From NCBI GenBank assembly GCA_001784175.1, contig MFPR01000006.1, positions 62,001 through 126,000 of the forward strand: a stretch of DNA of 64,000 bases, read 5' to 3'. Under the pieces are notes generated by a model. The model searched no databases. It had not been told where the DNA came from and saw nothing but the letters and a program-made list of their open reading frames with translations. Below are positions 9,009 to 18,935 of this stretch, piece by piece (position 1 is the first letter of the stretch; every line of letters begins with the position of its first letter). Position numbers and translations under genes: made by a program. The stretch is from Candidatus Lindowbacteria bacterium RIFCSPLOWO2_12_FULL_62_27. GTDB lineage: Bacteria > Lindowbacteria > 2-12-FULL-62-27.

Positions 9009-12000
9009 TCCAGTTTTTTCTCACCCGCCGCGTCCTCACGAATCTTTTGACGTTTTTTATTCTGGGCGTGGGATTGTGGCAATTCGCCCATGCCAAACGC
9101 GAGGCGTTTCCGGAGGTCACGTTTGACCTCGTTGTCATTCGGACCGCCTACCCCGGCGCCTTGCCGGAAGAGGTCGACCGGCTGATCACCGGCCCCGTCG
9201 AGGACACCCTGAAAATCGTCGACAACGTCGACCACGTGGAGTCGTATTCCATCGAAGGGATGTCCCTCATTCTGGTTCGTCTGGACGAAGGCCTGAATCG
9301 CCCGCAGGTCAGCCGCGCCGTGTCGGACATTCAACAGGCGGTCTCGCGGACCGAAGATCTTCCGGACGAGGCCAAGGCGCCGATCGTGGAGGAGCTGACG
9401 TCCAGCCGGCCCCTGATCGTCGTGTCGGTGGCCGGCGGCGATGACTTCGCGCGCGACACGTTCGCCGAGCGGATCAAAGACATGCTGGAGGACATTCCCG
9501 GCGTGTCCCGCGTGGATCAGAACGGGGATCGCAACCGTGAAATCTGGGTGGAGGCCGACGCGGCCAAACTGGCGCGCTCCCGGCTGACGCTGGGCGAAAT
9601 CGCCGGGGTCCTTCGCGCCGAAAACGTCAATCTCTCCGCCGGTTCGGTGGAAGTCGGCCGCGCGGAAATGCTCGTGCGCACGGCGGGCTCATTCGAAACG
9701 GCCGAGGACGTGGCCGACGTCATTTTGCGCGGCAATGACGAACGGAGTTTCCTGCGTGTGCGGGACGTGGCGCGCGTGCGGGAGACATTTTCCGACGCCA
9801 AGGTCATCGCGCGAGCCGGAGGAATGCCTTCCATCAATCTTCAGGTGCGGAAGAAGCGGGACGCCGACGCCATCACGCTGGCGAAGGAGGTCAAGAAGCT
9901 GGTCCGGGAGCAGGAAGGCGACGCGGCCAGGCTCGGTATCAAGTTCGTGCTGACCGACGACTGGTCCTTTTTCATCAAACGGCGGCTCAATGTCCTTCGG
10001 TCGAATATGATTCAAGGCGGGATTCTGATCCTGGCGGCGCTCTTTCTGTTTCTCGATTGGCGTCTGGCGTTGGTGGCGGCGGCGGGCGTGCCCATTTCAT
10101 TCGGCCTCGCCATGCTGGTCGGATCGCAGTTCGGGCTGACCATCAATCTTCTGTCCCTGCTCGGATTCATCATCGTTCTCGGCATGCTTGACGACGACTC
10201 GGTAGCCGTCGCGGAAAACATTTACCGGCACCTCGAAATGGGCAAGCCCCCCCAGCAGGCTGCGGTGGACGGCGTCCGGGAGATCATGCTGCCGGTCCTC
10301 GGCTCCGTCATGGCAACCTCGGCGGCGTTTATTCCGTTCGCGCTGATCGAGGGAATCATGGGGAAGTTCATGTTCATGATCCCGGTCATCGTGATTCTCT
10401 GTCTTGTCGCGAGCGTCCTCGAGGCGTTTTTCGTTCTGCCCGCGCACGTCCTGGACATCCTGCCCTACGGCCGGCCCGTGAGCGAGAAGCGGGACGGTCG
10501 CTGGTACGCCGCCATCATTGCCGCCTACCGGAGAATTCTGCGATGGTGCGTCGTGCATCGATACAAATTCCTGGCGATCGTCTTCGCCGGTCTGATCGTC
10601 ACCGTCGGCGTGGCGACGATGCGGCTGAAACTCGTGATGTTCCCGCCAGGCCTCATCGATCAGTTCTTCGTTCAAGTTGAAATGCCGGAAGGCACCTCGG
10701 TGGCGGAGACGGAGCGGGCGGTCTCGGAGATCGAGCGCGTCATCCTCAAATTGCCGCCGTCGGAACTCGAAGCCCTGACCGCCACCGCGGGCCTCAAGGG
10801 ATACGAGCAGACGGAACGGCGCGGCACGCATTACGGACAGGTCCGGGTGTTTCTCGTGCCTCAGGAAAATCGCGCGCGTCAAACCGACGCCATCCTGGAG
10901 GAACTGCGGCCGGAGATGATGAAGATCGGCGGCATCCAAAAGCTGGTCGTCGAAAAACTCCGGCCCGGTCCGCCGGTGGGCATGGCGGTGCAGGTGCGCG
11001 TGCGAGGCGACGACCCCGGCACGCTTCAGGAAATCGCCGGCCGCATGAAGGCGGAACTCCGGGCCATGGAGGGGACCACCGACATCAAGGACAATTTCGA
11101 GGGCGGCAAAGCGGAACTGCGGGTCCGGATCAACCCGACGGAAGCGGCCTATGCCGGAGTTTCGACGGCGGAAGTGGCGCGGCATATTCTGTACGCGTTC
11201 GAGGGCGGCGAAGTCACGAAGATCCGGCGGACGACCGAAGAGGTGACCGTCAAAGTCAAATTCGAACCGGAGAGCCGTCCCCATCCTCAATCTCTGGACG
11301 GCGTTTTGGTGCTGAACAAGTTCGGCCGGCAGATATCGCTGTCGCCGCTCGTGCGCGTCTCTCATGAAACCAGCCCGCCTTACATCGAGCGGTACAATTT
11401 CAAGCGGGCCATTCAAATCACGGCCGACGTAGACAACGTCAAAGTGACGTCCTATCAGGCCAATGCGCGTCTCCGGGATTTTTTCCGCGGCATCGAAAGG
11501 GATTATCCGGGATACGACGCGATCTATGGAGGAGAGGAGGAGCGAACCCAGGAGTCGATGAGGTCGCTCCGGAAGGGGTTTGGGGTGGCGGTCTTCCTCG
11601 ACTTGATCATTCTGGCCGCGCTCTTTGGATCGTATATTCAGCCTTTCATCATTCTCCTCACGATTCCCATCGGCCTCGCCGGCGTCGCATGGGCCCTGAT
11701 GCTCCACGGCGCGCCCGCGTCCTTCATGGCGCTCTTGGGCGTTGTGGCGATGACGGGCGTCGTCGTCAACAACGCCATCGTGCTGGTCGATTTCATCAAC
11801 CGGAAAAGGGACGAGGGCATGGCCATCGAAGACGCCGTGGTCGAAGCCGGGGCCACGCGCCTCCGGCCCATTTTCGCCAGCTCTATCACGACGCTCCTCG
11901 GACTCTTCCCGACGGCGTATGGCATCGGTGGCTACGAACCCTTTGTTGCGCCCTTGTGCCTGGCCCTCGCCTGGGGCCTGGCGCTGGCCATGCCGCTCAC

Positions 12001-12109
12001 CCTGTTCGCGATCCCCACGGCCACCGTGATCGTGGACGACGTCGTCCGCAGATTCAGGCGGAAGGATTTCGCCGGCGCAGGTTCTTGTAAACCACAGCCA
12101 CCAGAATAA
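9005..12109 (+). CDS. RND efflux permease (AcrB/AcrD/AcrF family); probable CTG start
   Basis: REAFPEV, GMLDDDSVAVAENIYR, GVVVNNAIVLVD and RLRPIFASSITT motifs. The first 160 aa of the track ORF overlap tolC and are spurious. Confidence 0.9.
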   Translation: MIQFFLTRRVLTNLLTFFILGVGLWQFAHAKREAFPEVTFDLVVIRTAYPGALPEEVDRLITGPVEDTLKIVDNVDHVESYSIEGMSLILVRLDEGLNRPQVSRAVSDIQQAVSRTEDLPDEAKAPIVEELTSSRPLIVVSVAGGDDFARDTFAERIKDMLEDIPGVSRVDQNGDRNREIWVEADAAKLARSRLTLGEIAGVLRAENVNLSAGSVEVGRAEMLVRTAGSFETAEDVADVILRGNDERSFLRVRDVARVRETFSDAKVIARAGGMPSINLQVRKKRDADAITLAKEVKKLVREQEGDAARLGIKFVLTDDWSFFIKRRLNVLRSNMIQGGILILAALFLFLDWRLALVAAAGVPISFGLAMLVGSQFGLTINLLSLLGFIIVLGMLDDDSVAVAENIYRHLEMGKPPQQAAVDGVREIMLPVLGSVMATSAAFIPFALIEGIMGKFMFMIPVIVILCLVASVLEAFFVLPAHVLDILPYGRPVSEKRDGRWYAAIIAAYRRILRWCVVHRYKFLAIVFAGLIVTVGVATMRLKLVMFPPGLIDQFFVQVEMPEGTSVAETERAVSEIERVILKLPPSELEALTATAGLKGYEQTERRGTHYGQVRVFLVPQENRARQTDAILEELRPEMMKIGGIQKLVVEKLRPGPPVGMAVQVRVRGDDPGTLQEIAGRMKAELRAMEGTTDIKDNFEGGKAELRVRINPTEAAYAGVSTAEVARHILYAFEGGEVTKIRRTTEEVTVKVKFEPESRPHPQSLDGVLVLNKFGRQISLSPLVRVSHETSPPYIERYNFKRAIQITADVDNVKVTSYQANARLRDFFRGIERDYPGYDAIYGGEEERTQESMRSLRKGFGVAVFLDLIILAALFGSYIQPFIILLTIPIGLAGVAWALMLHGAPASFMALLGVVAMTGVVVNNAIVLVDFINRKRDEGMAIEDAVVEAGATRLRPIFASSITTLLGLFPTAYGIGGYEPFVAPLCLALAWGLALAMPLTLFAIPTATVIVDDVVRRFRRKDFAGAGSCKPQPPE

Positions 12110-12323
12110 TCGAAAAAGCCAGAAGCCTGATCAGATAGAAGAACGGATCGCCCTCCCTGGGATTGTCCGAAAGGGCAAGGGCGGTTCGGTTCACTCCCTC
12201 GATTCCGAAGGAGACGCCGAAGGCGAGGAAGAGCCGGTCGCGTGTTTCCCGCCAGAAACGCAGAAAGAACAGCGCTGCGGTGACGGAGGTCATGGCAATT
12301 GCGCCGAGGAGGAAGAGCGTCAC
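12054..12323 (-). CDS. DUF5985-like small membrane protein
   Basis: GTG start overlaps the upstream stop; FLLGAIAM...LFFLRFWRETRDRLF...YLIRLLAF...KN. Confidence 0.75.
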   Translation of the reverse strand: MTLFLLGAIAMTSVTAALFFLRFWRETRDRLFLAFGVSFGIEGVNRTALALSDNPREGDPFFYLIRLLAFSIILVAVVYKNLRRRNPSA

Positions 12324-12580
12324 TTGCCGTCCTCCCAGATGAGACCGTAGAGAAGGATCGACATCGCCGCCAGCGCGGTGAGGTTGCGCGGCAGGAAGAG
12401 GTCGATGTGCGGCACGACGACCATATCCACAAAGACGAGACAATTGTTGGCCATGAGCCCCAGAAAACAAAGCGCGGACCAGAGCAGGAGCTTGTGCCGG
12501 ATCCGGCGATAGCCGAGCATCAGCACGGCGGCGCAACCGAGGGCGGTCGCGGCGCAGAGGAGATAGACGAGTCCCGCCAT
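12320..12580 (-). CDS. DUF5985-like small membrane protein
   Basis: VYLLCAATALGCA...LLLWSALCFLGLMANN...LLYGLIWE. Confidence 0.8.
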   Translation of the reverse strand: MAGLVYLLCAATALGCAAVLMLGYRRIRHKLLLWSALCFLGLMANNCLVFVDMVVVPHIDLFLPRNLTALAAMSILLYGLIWEDGK

Positions 12581-12839
12581 CAGTCGAACTTCCGGATCCG
12601 AAATGAGTCGGCGAAGCTCCGCACACCGGAACCGGCGTTCCCGTGAATGAGGTTTGTCACCGCGATGAGGCGTTTGGCGTAGGTCACCGCCACGCGGTCG
12701 ACCAGAGACGCCAGATTCTCCGACTTCGGCTGATAGCGGCCTCGAGGTCGGCCACCGAAGCTATGTGGCGAAGGACGATATCCCGGATGTCCTGCGGTAT
12801 GAGGTCGCCCCTCATCTCTTGATTGCCCGTGTTCACCAT
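12580..12839 (-). pseudogene. Degenerate conserved hypothetical gene preceding the DUF5985 pair
   Basis: N-part IPQDIRDIVLRHIASVADLEA and C-part YAKRLIAVTNLIH...SFADSFRIRKFD* are in different frames. Confidence 0.55.
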
Positions 12840-12888
12840 ATAAAAGTTTTTATCTCCATCGGGCGGCAAATTCAAATTTCCCCGTATG

Positions 12889-12978
12889 GGTGCCGGACAT
12901 AGACTTATAGACTTATTGCGGCAGCGATCGCATGATTCCCCCGTATGCCAATAAGTCTATAAGTCTATGTCCGGCACC
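12889..12978. mobile_element. 90-bp MITE/REPIN of the RAYT family
   Basis: GGTGCCGGACATAGACTTATAGACTTATTG ... CAATAAGTCTATAAGTCTATGTCCGGCACC, the same TIR as at 57226/58188. Confidence 0.9.
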
Positions 12979-13958
12979 TATTGAGGCCATTTCCATGTTG
13001 CAGCTTCTTGCGGGTTGCCGTTTTCCATCCATGCCCGTGCGATCATGTCCCAGTGCGGGCCGAAGGGGATCCATGTTGTTCTTCGCTCCTCAAAATATCT
13101 TATGGCCTTGTCCGCATCGCCGGACTCCAGAGCCGAAATCCCCGCCAACAGGAGGCCCACGGCGACGCGTTTCTCTATTTTGAGGGATTTCCAGAGCTTG
13201 ATGTTCTTGAGCGCATAAGCGTCGGACTCCGCCGGTCGATTCAGTTTTGCATACGCCTCGGTCAGGGACAAACAGCATGATTCATAAAGGACTGCGTCAT
13301 GGTCAGCATCGAGGATCAGTTTGGATGAGATTTCGATCGCCTCTTGCGGGCGATTCAATCGGATCAGAATGACGGCTTTGATGGCGCGCGAAAATAATCG
13401 GATGCCGTGGACAATCTCGGAGGTTGAACGGGGTTCAAACCGTTCCGTCGCCCGGTCGATGTGATCCAGCGCGGCCGGAAGATCTGCGCCGCTGTTGAGA
13501 AAGAACATCGCGTATTCGAACAACGAGCATGCTTCCGCATCAGGGTCTTCGAGTGCGCGGCTCATCTCCAGCGCTCTTTCGATCATGCCGCGTCCCGACT
13601 CGCGATTGCCCATGGATTCGAGGCTGCCCGCAAATCCAATGAGGATGGCCAAGTGCCTGGACGGGGGGGTGCCGTGCGCCATCAAAGATTGTGTCAACCG
13701 ATCCAGCCACGGCGTTCTTTGGCCGGAAACATTTGCGATCCCGAGGTTCATCTCGGCGTACAGACCGGCCCATGCCAGCCGGCTCAGGACATCGGGGTCT
13801 GTCGTCGCACCCGAGAGCCTTTCGATCTCGGAAAAGGCATCCGTAAAATAACCGGACTTGAGTTTCGCCATGACTCCTGCGACAGCGTCGCCTACGATGC
13901 CTTGATTGCCCGCATTCACCATATCAAAGTTTTTACCTCCATTGGGCGGCAAATTCAA
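12978..13958 (-). CDS. Helical-repeat (TPR-like) hypothetical protein; true start probably 13922 or 13871
   Basis: 326-aa ORF with TPR-like helices (LNRPQEAIEI; SGDADKAIRYFE). Confidence 0.6.
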   Translation of the reverse strand: MNLPPNGGKNFDMVNAGNQGIVGDAVAGVMAKLKSGYFTDAFSEIERLSGATTDPDVLSRLAWAGLYAEMNLGIANVSGQRTPWLDRLTQSLMAHGTPPSRHLAILIGFAGSLESMGNRESGRGMIERALEMSRALEDPDAEACSLFEYAMFFLNSGADLPAALDHIDRATERFEPRSTSEIVHGIRLFSRAIKAVILIRLNRPQEAIEISSKLILDADHDAVLYESCCLSLTEAYAKLNRPAESDAYALKNIKLWKSLKIEKRVAVGLLLAGISALESGDADKAIRYFEERRTTWIPFGPHWDMIARAWMENGNPQEAATWKWPQ

Positions 13959-13963
13959 ATTTC

Positions 13964-15175
13964 CTATTGGTCACCAGATCCCGCCCATGCGAACCATGCG
14001 GTTGCCAGAAGGCCGAAGGCTGCGGCGGTCAGGAGATTCACCTTGGGGTCGATCTGCCAGAGGAAGGCGCCGGCGAAGGCGGCGAGGGCTACGATGCTGT
14101 CGCGGATCAGGTAATAGCGGCCAAAGGCCGAGGCCTTGGCATGGTCCGGCGCGAGCTCCATGATCAGCGCTTTGCGGGTCGGCTCGCCGAATTCTTTCAG
14201 GCCACGGAGCACAAACGCCGCCAGGAGCGCATCGAATGACCGGCAAAAAAGGAGGGCCAGCGGAAAGAGCGCGAAGAAGAGGAAGGTGAGGACGACGAAC
14301 GGCTTTTTGGATCCCCGGTCGGCGAGCCAGGCGACAGGCACATAAACGGCCATCGCCGTCGCCATTTCGACGGCCGTCAGGATTCCGAACTGGCCGGCGG
14401 AAACGGGCGATTCGATGGTTTTCATGCACCACACCACGACAAAGGCGTAGGGGATCTGCTCGCAAAACCGCACGAGGATGTCGGCCACGAGGAGATTCTT
14501 CAGGGCCGGAGGGAATCTGAGCCGGAGGATGGTCATGACGCCGCCGCCTGCTCCGCCTCCGGCCGCCGCCCGATCGTGGGCGGGGGCGTCCGGGCTCAGC
14601 AGTTTCTGCTGAATGAGTATCGACACCACAGCCATCAGGACCGCCATGCCGAACCCCGCCCGGATCCCGGCGACCGTTCCCCACCGGTCGATCAGGAGGC
14701 CGCCCACGACGGGCCCGAGCGCCATCGGAATTCGCGCGACCATCGAGTGCATGGACACGCCCATCGTCCGTTTGGCGGCGGGAAGCAGTTTGAAGATCAT
14801 GTCCATGGTCGCCGGCAGGGAGATGGCGCCCCAGGAAAGAAAGAAGAGGGAGCCGACGATGACAGCGGGCCAGACGGGAATCGCCATCACGATGACGAAC
14901 CCGAAAATAGCCATGAGATTGAACACAAGCAGTGAGCGCTTTGCGCCGAATCGATCGGAGCAATACCCGCCGGCGAGGGAATAGAGGGCGGAGAGAAAGT
15001 TGTCGAGCCCCTTCAAAAACCCGATGGCGACAGGTCCGGCGCCGAGCGCGAGGATGTAGATGGGAAGGAATCGCTCGGCCATGCGGTTGCCCATGCCGAC
15101 GAGGATGACCATCGCCAGAACGGCCGCCAACCCGGCTTTGAGTCCGAGGAATTCAATGAGGCGCCGCATCGGCAT
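13964..15175 (-). CDS. MFS transporter
   Basis: About 12 hydrophobic segments; motif A GGYCSDRFGAKR and WLADRGSKK. Confidence 0.9.
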   Translation of the reverse strand: MPMRRLIEFLGLKAGLAAVLAMVILVGMGNRMAERFLPIYILALGAGPVAIGFLKGLDNFLSALYSLAGGYCSDRFGAKRSLLVFNLMAIFGFVIVMAIPVWPAVIVGSLFFLSWGAISLPATMDMIFKLLPAAKRTMGVSMHSMVARIPMALGPVVGGLLIDRWGTVAGIRAGFGMAVLMAVVSILIQQKLLSPDAPAHDRAAAGGGAGGGVMTILRLRFPPALKNLLVADILVRFCEQIPYAFVVVWCMKTIESPVSAGQFGILTAVEMATAMAVYVPVAWLADRGSKKPFVVLTFLFFALFPLALLFCRSFDALLAAFVLRGLKEFGEPTRKALIMELAPDHAKASAFGRYYLIRDSIVALAAFAGAFLWQIDPKVNLLTAAAFGLLATAWFAWAGSGDQ

Positions 15176-15178
15176 GGA

Positions 15179-15934
15179 TCAGGCGAGCGCCAGCGCCGCG
15201 GATTTGCAGGCCGCGGTCAGGAGAACGACAGCGAGAATGCGGCGGAGGGCAACGTTCGAGAATTTCCTGGATCCCCAGTGAGATCCCAGGACGCCTCCGG
15301 CGGCGGCCGCGGCCGCCCACCAGATCCACCCGGCCGGCCACTGCACGGTCACATGGGCGTGTCCCAGGAGGCCGGAGGCCGAGTTGAGCCAGATGAACGC
15401 CGCCGAAACCGCCGCGGTTTCCTTGGCGCTTCCCCAGCGCTTCAGGATAAAAAGGGGGCTCAGGAAAATTCCGCCGCCCACGCCGACCATGCCTGATACA
15501 AACCCGATCAACGCGCCGACCGCCAGCGAGAGAGGCATCGGCGGGAGAAACTCCGCGCCGTCGGCGGCCGGCGCAGCCGCGAAGGCGAGCCGCGCGCCGG
15601 CCCAGACCAGGGTGGCCGCCAGGACGAGACCGTATATTTCCAACGAAATCGGCAATCGCGCGCCGGCGTAGGACATCGGAATGGACGAGAGCGCAAACGG
15701 CCACAGGAGGCGAAACCGGAAATGGCCCGCGCGAAAATACTGGACGGCGCCGATACCCGCCACGAGCAGGTTGAGCGCCAGCGCGCCCGGCTTCATCACG
15801 GCGGCCGGCACCGACAAAAGCGCCATGACGGCCAGATATCCGGACGCGCCGCCGTGCCCGACGGACGCATAGAGGGCGGCGATGAGCGCGACCGCTGCAG
15901 AAACGCCGATCGTTTGGAGCGCTTCAGGGAACAT
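15179..15934 (-). CDS. TauE/SafE sulfite exporter family protein
   Basis: LYASVGHGGASGYLA and SGMVGVGGGIFLSP. Confidence 0.9.
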   Translation of the reverse strand: MFPEALQTIGVSAAVALIAALYASVGHGGASGYLAVMALLSVPAAVMKPGALALNLLVAGIGAVQYFRAGHFRFRLLWPFALSSIPMSYAGARLPISLEIYGLVLAATLVWAGARLAFAAAPAADGAEFLPPMPLSLAVGALIGFVSGMVGVGGGIFLSPLFILKRWGSAKETAAVSAAFIWLNSASGLLGHAHVTVQWPAGWIWWAAAAAAGGVLGSHWGSRKFSNVALRRILAVVLLTAACKSAALALA

Positions 15935-16025
15935 GTCGGTGAGTCTATCACGAGTGGGTGAAAGGCTGTAAGACATGGACCCTTTAATTTCATTCGGAGC
16001 AATGCTACTGATCGTCTGTATACTT

Positions 16026-16301
16026 ATGAGCGGCATTGAACCATCGGTGTCGATATTGCGACTGCTTCGGACGGGTTCGCTGTCCGGATATCAACTTGCG
16101 CGGCTTCTGCGCGGGGTGCGGCCGGAGATTCTTTCGGACGGCACGGGACTGATTTATCCGATGCTCCAGCACATGGAGTGCGAAAAATTGATATCAGCCG
16201 CATGGAAACGTCCCGGCCGCGGCAGGCGCTGTCGCTGTTATTCGTTGACCTCGAAAGGGAGGCGCTTGCTCGCGCGGCAGGCCGATGAGCCCTCGCGTTG
16301 A
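16026..16301 (+). CDS. PadR family regulator
   Basis: ILRLL...SGYQL...GLIYPMLQHME...RRCRCYSLTSKG. Confidence 0.8.
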   Translation: MSGIEPSVSILRLLRTGSLSGYQLARLLRGVRPEILSDGTGLIYPMLQHMECEKLISAAWKRPGRGRRCRCYSLTSKGRRLLARQADEPSR

Positions 16302-16993
16302 TTGCCAAACGGGGCGATTTACAGTATGGTGAGGTATTGAAACGCATTGCGAAGATGCCCGAGGCGGACCGGCCCCGGGAGAAGATGGTGCGAAAGGGCC
16401 CCGGGTCGCTGACGGACGCCGAACTGATCGCGGTCCTTCTCGGCACGGGAACCGGCGAGCGGGATGTTTTGAAACTTGCCGCGGCCGTTGAGCGCCGGTT
16501 CAACGGCCGCCGGCGCGTTCCGACGGTCGCGGAGCTGAAGGAGATCAAAGGACTCGGCACCGCAAAGGCCTGCCAGATCGCCGCGGCCTACGAAATCGGG
16601 CGGCGTGGCGCGGCGTCCGGCGCGCGTGTGACCGGGCCGGAATCATTCCTTCCTCACATATCGTTTATTGCAACCAAGCGTCAGGAGTATCTTGTCTGTA
16701 TTTCGCTAAGCGGCGCCGGCGAAGTACTCGGATGCCGGGTCGTGACCGTGGGGATTCTGGATTCGACGATGGCGCATCCCCGCGAGGTTTTCGCCGATCC
16801 CATCACGGACCGCGCCGCCGCCGTCGTCCTGGCCCACAATCATCCGTCCGGGTCGGCGCGGCCCAGCCGCCGGGACCTGCGCTTGCACCGGCGCCTGGCG
16901 GAAGCGGGCCGGATCCTGGGGATCGAGGTTGCGGACCATCTGATTCTGACGCGGGGGGAATTCTTCAGCTTCAAGAAACACGGCTTGATTTAA
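16298..16993 (+). CDS. radC: RadC/JAB-domain protein
   Basis: RPREKM...LTDAELIAVLLGTG...AHPREVF...AHNHPSG...DHLI. Confidence 0.93.
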   Translation: MIAKRGDLQYGEVLKRIAKMPEADRPREKMVRKGPGSLTDAELIAVLLGTGTGERDVLKLAAAVERRFNGRRRVPTVAELKEIKGLGTAKACQIAAAYEIGRRGAASGARVTGPESFLPHISFIATKRQEYLVCISLSGAGEVLGCRVVTVGILDSTMAHPREVFADPITDRAAAVVLAHNHPSGSARPSRRDLRLHRRLAEAGRILGIEVADHLILTRGEFFSFKKHGLI

Positions 16994-16998
16994 AGCCC

Positions 16999-17232
16999 CT
17001 ATTTTTCCTCGAAAAGCTTCCGTACGGCCGTGCCGAGGGAGTCGGCGATTTTCTGGATGTTGCGCAGGCTGACGTTGCGTTCGCCGCGTTCGATTCCGCC
17101 GATGTAGGTCCGGTGAAGATCGCAGGCGTCCGCGAATTCCTCCTGGGACCAGCCCTTGGCCTTCCGCAATTTTCGAATTCTTTCCCCGAAGCGCGCCTGT
17201 ACAGGGTTCCTGCCGGAATATTTTTTCTTCAT
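16999..17232 (-). CDS. XRE-family HTH regulator
   Basis: SQEEFADACDLHRTYIGGIERGERNVSL. Confidence 0.92.
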   Translation of the reverse strand: MKKKYSGRNPVQARFGERIRKLRKAKGWSQEEFADACDLHRTYIGGIERGERNVSLRNIQKIADSLGTAVRKLFEEK

Positions 17233-17306
17233 GCGGGATACTCATAACCGGTCGGATGACAAAAGGTCTACAGACGATCCGTAGCATTTTTCCGGCCCGC
17301 GCGGGC

Positions 17307-18935
17307 CTAGATGAGCGGGATGACTTTGATTCTTCGGAGGGCGGGATCGTACTTGAACCGGACGAAGGAGAGGGGCTTCAGAACGGCATAGGCGGCGTGG
17401 CCGATGAGAACTTTGACGCCCGGGTGGACGCGTCCCCGCACGTCCAGGATACCGTCGGTCCGGTTCTTCATGGTCTCCACGAACTTGGCTTCCTCCTCCT
17501 GGATTTTTCGCACTCTGTTACTCAACACCACGATGGTTTTGACCAGCTTCAAAACGTCCCGGCCCTCGCTCGTGACCGCTCCCGACTGGAGCGTTTCGGC
17601 CGAGAGGCCCGCCTGCGAAAGCGCCTGTTCGGCGTCCGAGAGCGCCTTTTGCGCCGCCTGCAGGCGCGTCTTCAACTTGGTCAGCGCGAGGAGGCTGTCG
17701 GGTGAAATGCCAAGCTGGACGACCGTGGTCTCGCCGGAGGCATTGCCGAGTTCCCGGACCTGCACGCGCCGGCCGGCGTGGAGCCGGCCGCCGATGACGA
17801 TGCCGCGGCCCTCGCCGACCATCACCGCCTCACCGGCCGCGAGGTCGCTGCGGATGGCGCTCTGGGTTTTCAAAATCCCGCCGGCCAGGACCGTCGCCTG
17901 TTCGATGAATCGGGCGCTGATGTCCCACGCGGCCTCGATGAATGCGATGCCGGAACCCTGGATTCCCTTGTTGATGAAGATGCTTCCGCCGGCCGATCTC
18001 ACCGTGGCCGCCTCCACTCCGCCGTCGATGGCGATGTCCTTCCCGGCCTCGATCAGAAGGCCGCTGCGGACCCAGCCGCGCACCACGAGTTCGCCCGGGA
18101 ACGTCACGTGTCCGACGGAAATGTCGACGTCGCTTTCCAGCACCATCATTTTTTCGATGTCGATGGCCTCGTCCGAGACGGCGACACGGCCGGATTCCTT
18201 CGCGTAGAAGACGCCGGCGTCGGCGTCAAACGAAACGCCATCGCCCACCCGCGGCGAGATCGCTTTCACGGGCGGCGGCGGAATTTCCCAGCCGAACACG
18301 TCCTTGCCGGGCGATCCGGGCGCCGGGGGCAGGAGCTTCGCGATTTTTTGTCCCTGCTCCGCGGTTTCGATGTGTGCGGCGGGAATGAACGCGGCGTCAT
18401 CGCCCCGGGCAGGTTCCATATCTTTTCCGAGCGCCACGATACAGCCGTCCCGGCCGGCCTGCACGGGGACGCCTCGGGCAATGCAGGCGCCGCGGACCTT
18501 GTCGGTGCGCCCTGTCTCCACCGCCTTCTCGATGGCCGCCTCATCAAGGCCAAAGACGATTTTTTGCTCCTGAATTTGTTTGAACACATCCATGAGGGAA
18601 ACCGGCTTGCCGTCGGAGGCGGGCGGATCGACGTCGAGTTCGACCTTCATGCCCTGATCGAGAACATGGAGCCGGCAGACCCCGGGCGCCGCCGGCATGC
18701 CCAAAAGCTGCATCAGGCGGGGACCGAATCGCCGGGACATCTCGCGAATTTCCTCGCAGGTCGCCTCCGAGGTTTCCGCGCGTGAAAACATGATTTTCTC
18801 GAACTCCGAATCCACATCGACGTCGCCTTCCGTGGCCGCAAGGTCCGTCAGCACCCGGCCCAGCCTGTTCTCGAGGCGGTCCATCTCCTTCTCCGTCAAT
18901 TTTATCTCCGCACCGTTCGGGCGAGATTCCGTCAT
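17307..18935 (-). CDS. FapA (DUF342) family protein
   Basis: IVFGLDEAAI, PGKDVFG, DVDISVGHVTFPG...GWVRSG, coiled coil, VHPGVKV. Confidence 0.85.
   Translation of the reverse strand: MTESRPNGAEIKLTEKEMDRLENRLGRVLTDLAATEGDVDVDSEFEKIMFSRAETSEATCEEIREMSRRFGPRLMQLLGMPAAPGVCRLHVLDQGMKVELDVDPPASDGKPVSLMDVFKQIQEQKIVFGLDEAAIEKAVETGRTDKVRGACIARGVPVQAGRDGCIVALGKDMEPARGDDAAFIPAAHIETAEQGQKIAKLLPPAPGSPGKDVFGWEIPPPPVKAISPRVGDGVSFDADAGVFYAKESGRVAVSDEAIDIEKMMVLESDVDISVGHVTFPGELVVRGWVRSGLLIEAGKDIAIDGGVEAATVRSAGGSIFINKGIQGSGIAFIEAAWDISARFIEQATVLAGGILKTQSAIRSDLAAGEAVMVGEGRGIVIGGRLHAGRRVQVRELGNASGETTVVQLGISPDSLLALTKLKTRLQAAQKALSDAEQALSQAGLSAETLQSGAVTSEGRDVLKLVKTIVVLSNRVRKIQEEEAKFVETMKNRTDGILDVRGRVHPGVKVLIGHAAYAVLKPLSFVRFKYDPALRRIKVIPLI

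Larger units (their letters stand above)
12818..13964. repeat. 64-bp imperfect direct repeat (12818-12881 and 13901-13964)
   Basis: 59/64 identical by eye; brackets the MITE and the TPR-like gene. Confidence 0.85.

Noticed and set aside
16298-17232. radC + XRE as a prophage or ICE marker
   Set aside because: RadC is the full-length chromosomal type, and there are no integrase, phage or conjugation genes nearby.
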